From assembly GCA_963796275.1 (NCBI GenBank), contig CAWCKY010000003.1:960001-1024000 (forward strand): DNA of 64,000 nt. The letters are read 5' to 3'. The notes under the pieces were generated by a model, which saw only the letters and a list, made by a program, of their open reading frames with translations, made no database searches and was not told the DNA's origin. The position numbers were made by a program, and so were the translations under genes. Every line of letters begins with the position of its first letter. Position 1 is the first letter of the stretch. Positions 60,646 through 64,000 of the stretch are shown here, piece after piece. The stretch is from an uncultured Acidobacteriota bacterium (GTDB lineage Bacteria; Acidobacteriota; Blastocatellia; RBC074).

Positions 60646-62747
60646 CCGACGAAAACCATCAGGAAGAACTAACAGTAGCCTCACCGGAAGCGACCGAAAT
60701 CTTCGAAGAATCATCAAATGATGGCGTCATCATGCCGACAGCAGATGACAGAGCAGAGGCGCCGCCGGAAGAAGAGAGATTGATTGCCGATGCTGATGAT
60801 AAATGGCTTGGAGAAGAGATTGGGGCAGCAATACGAGAGGAAACCGTATTTGATGAAGCGGTTGCCTTTATCTCGGCGATTCCTGCAGGTCAAACAGATG
60901 ACGAGATAAACGCGATGCAGGAAGAGATCGAGCCTGCGAGTGATGGCGTTATCGAGCTGGCGGTGGAGGACTGGACAGAATCGCTGTTGGAAGAAGAGAG
61001 ACTGATCGCCGATGCTGATGATAAATGGCTTGGAGATGAGATTGGGGCAGAAATACGAGATGAAACAGTATTTGATGAAGCGGTTGCCTTTATCTCGGCG
61101 ATTCCTGCAGGTCAAACAAATGACGAGGTAAACGCGATGCAGGAAGAGATCGAGCCTGCGAATGATGGCGTCATCGAGCTGGCGGCGGAGGACGGGACAG
61201 AAACGCTGTCGGAAGAAGAGAGATTGACCGCAGATGATATCGAACTAGGAGAGGAGATAGAAGGGGCGAAAGGAGAAGAAACGGCATCGGACGAAGGGGT
61301 TGCCTTTATCTCAGGGGGACGCGCGTGGCAAACCGATGACGAGATAAACGCGATGCAGGAAGAGATCGAGCCTGCGAGTGATGGCGTCATCGAGCTGGCG
61401 GCGGAGGACTGGACAGAATCGCTGTTGGAAGAAGAGAGACTGATCGCCGATGCTGATGATAAATGGCTTGGAGATGAGATTGGGGCAGCAATACGAGAGG
61501 AAACAGTATTGGATGAAGCGGTTGCCTTTATCTCGGCGATTCCTGCAGGTCAAACAGATGACGAGATAAACGCGATGCAGGAAGAGATCGAGCCTGCGAG
61601 TGATGGCGTCATCGAGCTGGCGGCGGAGGACAGGACAGAAACGCTGTCGGAAGAAGAGAGACTGATCGCCGATGATATCGAGCTAGAAGAAGAGATAGAA
61701 GGGGCGATAGGAGTAGAAACGGCATCGGACGAAGGGGTTGCCTTTATCTCGGCGGTGCCTGCAGGTCAAACCGATGACGAGATAAACGCGATGCAGGAAG
61801 AGATCGAGCCTGCGAATGATAGCGTCATCGAGCTGGCAGCGGAGGACAGGACAGAAACGCTGTCGGAAGAAGAGAGACTGATCGCAGATGATATCGAGCT
61901 AGGAGAAGAGATAGAGGGGGCGATAGGAGAAGAAACGGCATCGGAGGATGGGGTTGCCTTTATCTCGGCAGTACACGTGGGGCAAACCGATAACGAGATA
62001 AACGCGATGCAGGAGGAGATCGAGCCTGCGAATGATGGCGTCATCGAGCTGGCTGCGGAGGACGGGACAGAGACGCTGTCGGAAGAAGAGAGACTGGTCG
62101 CCGATGATATCGAGCTAGGAGAAGAGATAGAGGGGGCGGTAGGAGAAGAAACGGCATCGGACGAAGAGGTTGCCATTATCTCGGTACCCGCGAGTCAATC
62201 TGATGACGAAATAACAGCTACCCGAGAGGAGATCAAGCCTGCGATTGAAGCTTTGCTCTTTGTAGCCGAAGAGCCGTTGCCGTACAAAACCCTCTGCAAG
62301 CTTCTGGGTGAGGTGAGCGAAGACGATGTGAGAGCGGCGCTCGATGAGTTGGTGGCTGATTACGAGGCGCGCAATGGCGGGTTGGAGATCCGCGAGATCG
62401 CCGGCGGCTGGCGCATCTCGACGCGCCCGCAAAGTCACGACTTCATCCGTAAATACTTGAAATCGCGGCCATCGGCGCGGTTGTCGCTTCCGGCGCTCGA
62501 GACGCTCGCAGTTATTGCTTATAAGCAACCGATCACCATTCCCGAGATCCTCGAGATTCGCGGCGTCACCTCGAGCTCGGCTATCAAGACGTTGCTCGAA
62601 AAACGATTGATAGTAACGAAGGGAAGAAAAGAGACGGTAGGGCGGCCGATGTTGTATGGCACTTCGAAAGAGTTCCTTATACAGTTCGGACTGAAAGACC
62701 TCACGGAATTGCCTAGCATGGAAGATTTTGAAGATTTAGCTCAATAA
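60642..62747 (+). CDS. scpB: SMC-Scp complex subunit ScpB with a ~525-aa acidic repeat N-terminal extension
   Basis: C-terminal IEALLFVA, LS.PALETLAVIAYKQPIT, IRGV, GRPMLYGTSKEFL.QFGL; start overlaps the scpA stop (ATGA). Confidence 0.93.
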   Translation: MTDENHQEELTVASPEATEIFEESSNDGVIMPTADDRAEAPPEEERLIADADDKWLGEEIGAAIREETVFDEAVAFISAIPAGQTDDEINAMQEEIEPASDGVIELAVEDWTESLLEEERLIADADDKWLGDEIGAEIRDETVFDEAVAFISAIPAGQTNDEVNAMQEEIEPANDGVIELAAEDGTETLSEEERLTADDIELGEEIEGAKGEETASDEGVAFISGGRAWQTDDEINAMQEEIEPASDGVIELAAEDWTESLLEEERLIADADDKWLGDEIGAAIREETVLDEAVAFISAIPAGQTDDEINAMQEEIEPASDGVIELAAEDRTETLSEEERLIADDIELEEEIEGAIGVETASDEGVAFISAVPAGQTDDEINAMQEEIEPANDSVIELAAEDRTETLSEEERLIADDIELGEEIEGAIGEETASEDGVAFISAVHVGQTDNEINAMQEEIEPANDGVIELAAEDGTETLSEEERLVADDIELGEEIEGAVGEETASDEEVAIISVPASQSDDEITATREEIKPAIEALLFVAEEPLPYKTLCKLLGEVSEDDVRAALDELVADYEARNGGLEIREIAGGWRISTRPQSHDFIRKYLKSRPSARLSLPALETLAVIAYKQPITIPEILEIRGVTSSSAIKTLLEKRLIVTKGRKETVGRPMLYGTSKEFLIQFGLKDLTELPSMEDFEDLAQ
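60717..62243 (+). repeat. Seven in-frame tandem repeats of 222/216 bp inside scpB
   Basis: EEERL-coding anchors at 60768, 60990, 61212, 61428, 61650, 61866 and 62082 (spacings 222, 222, 216, 222, 216, 216). Confidence 0.95.
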
Positions 62748-62919
62748 ACAGAAGGAAAGCGATAGGGGGTAAGATACAAGAAGGCACGGGGCGCCTTTTT
62801 TTCTAATTTTGCTCCTTGTAAGCCATTTTTATTTCCTACTCGACATCCCTCGATTCGATAATAGGAATTGAAGATGTAAAATCACCAAATTCCCCCTCAC
62901 ACCAATTCCGATTTTGCAT

Positions 62920-64000
62920 ATGAATATGAATAAAATAGCAAAGATTGTTCCGGGATTTCTGCTGATAATTCATAGTTTGTTAGCGCTCGCCGCTGACAAT
63001 TGGACGCAATTCCGCGGGCCTGAGGGAACGGGCCATTCCGATGCTCGCGATCTCCCGCTCAATTGGAGTGAGACCAGTAATGTCGTTTGGAAGACCGCGA
63101 TTCACGACCGCGGTTGGTCCTCACCCGTAATCTATGGCAATCAGATATGGTTGACCACCTCGACGCCGGACGGTCGCAAACTCTACGCCGTCTGCATCGA
63201 TCGTGAAACCGGGCGAGTCATTCGTGACATGAAACTTTTCGATGTCGCCCAACCTCAATACGCCCATCCATTCAATACTTATGCCTCGCCCACTCCGGTT
63301 ATCGAAGCGGGGCGCGTTTACATCACGTTCGGCTCTCCCGGAACCGCGTGTATAGATACGAAGAGCTTTCAAGTGATCTGGGAACGGCGCGATATGGAGT
63401 GCAATCATTTTCGGGGAGCCGGCTCATCGCCCATTATTTTCCAGGACCTGCTCATAATGAATTTCGACGGGAGCGATCATCAATTCGTTACGGCACTCGA
63501 TAAACGCACCGGTAAAACAGTCTGGCGTACCAATCGATCGATCGATTTTCAAGACCTAGAACCCAGTGGGAAGCCGGCGGCCGATGGAGATTTTCGTAAA
63601 GCCTTCGCCACGCCGCACGTCACAATGATCAATGGCAAATGGGAACTGATCAGCCTCGGTGCCAAGGCCGCGTATTCTTACAACCCACTCAATGGCGAGG
63701 AGCTCTGGCGAGTGGAAGAGCGCGCCCAGCATTCGGCGAGCACCCGTCCCGTGATTGGATTCGGTATGATCTTTTTCCCGACGGGATTTTCGGCCGGCCA
63801 GTTATTAGCCGTCCGCACGGGCGGCAAGGGACTGATTACTGATACACATGTCGCCTGGAGAATGAAGCGGGGCGTATCGAATAAACCCTCCCTCCTTCTT
63901 ATCGGTGAACTGATCTATATGGTCAGCGATGCCGGTATAATCAGTTGCGTTGAGGCGAAGACCGGGGAGCTGGTCTGGCAGAAGCGTATCGGAGGCGAAT
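62920..64000 (+). CDS. PQQ-binding-like beta-propeller (BamB-like) exported protein; runs off the window
   Basis: Manual translation: signal peptide, DNWTQFRGP.G.G, NVVWKT, GWSSPVI, ALDKRTGKTVW. Confidence 0.85.
   Translation, partial: MNMNKIAKIVPGFLLIIHSLLALAADNWTQFRGPEGTGHSDARDLPLNWSETSNVVWKTAIHDRGWSSPVIYGNQIWLTTSTPDGRKLYAVCIDRETGRVIRDMKLFDVAQPQYAHPFNTYASPTPVIEAGRVYITFGSPGTACIDTKSFQVIWERRDMECNHFRGAGSSPIIFQDLLIMNFDGSDHQFVTALDKRTGKTVWRTNRSIDFQDLEPSGKPAADGDFRKAFATPHVTMINGKWELISLGAKAAYSYNPLNGEELWRVEERAQHSASTRPVIGFGMIFFPTGFSAGQLLAVRTGGKGLITDTHVAWRMKRGVSNKPSLLLIGELIYMVSDAGIISCVEAKTGELVWQKRIGGE

Noticed and set aside
60717-62243. Possible CRISPR array or non-coding repeat
   Set aside because: Units are 216/222 bp, fully repeated without unique spacers, and in frame within scpB; no cas genes

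Overview
Chromosomal segment of a moderately GC-rich bacterium. The carboxypeptidase-like-domain TonB receptor, BNR/VPS10 hydrolase, PQQ-propeller and zinc-ribbon membrane proteins point to Acidobacteriota (inference). 1-14.7 kb is a LacI-controlled glycoside/sugar catabolic cluster: TonB receptor, GMC plus Tat small subunit, DUF1080, SIS, two EamA, Gfo/Idh/MocA, ROK, a BHMT-like methyltransferase, HpcH aldolase and a truncated Tat protein. The rest is mostly housekeeping: glcD, moaA, TPP riboswitch-thiC, tpx, clpSA, queF, rib genes, cmk, ltaE, hemW, Fur family, deoC, tRNA-Val, ABC transporter, trpS, scpAB. No transposase, integrase, phage gene or CRISPR array was recognised. Most notable signals: (1) a ~100-bp palindromic element (GATTCACCACAA...TTGTGGTGAATC) that encodes the apparent signal peptide of two unrelated exported proteins and is also inserted in the TPP riboswitch; (2) two ~420-440-nt non-coding segments with extensive nested base-pairing (14.74-15.16 kb, and 38.83-39.26 kb, which leads into an unannotated 52-aa membrane peptide with an occludable RBS); (3) ScpB with seven 72-74-aa acidic tandem repeats; (4) DeoC with a microcompartment encapsulation-peptide-like N-terminus; (5) a divergent sigma-54 module. 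Three apparent single-base frameshifts (SIS, hemW, sigma-54 activator) are probably sequencing errors. All assignments come from motif reading by eye; no searches or folding programs were run.
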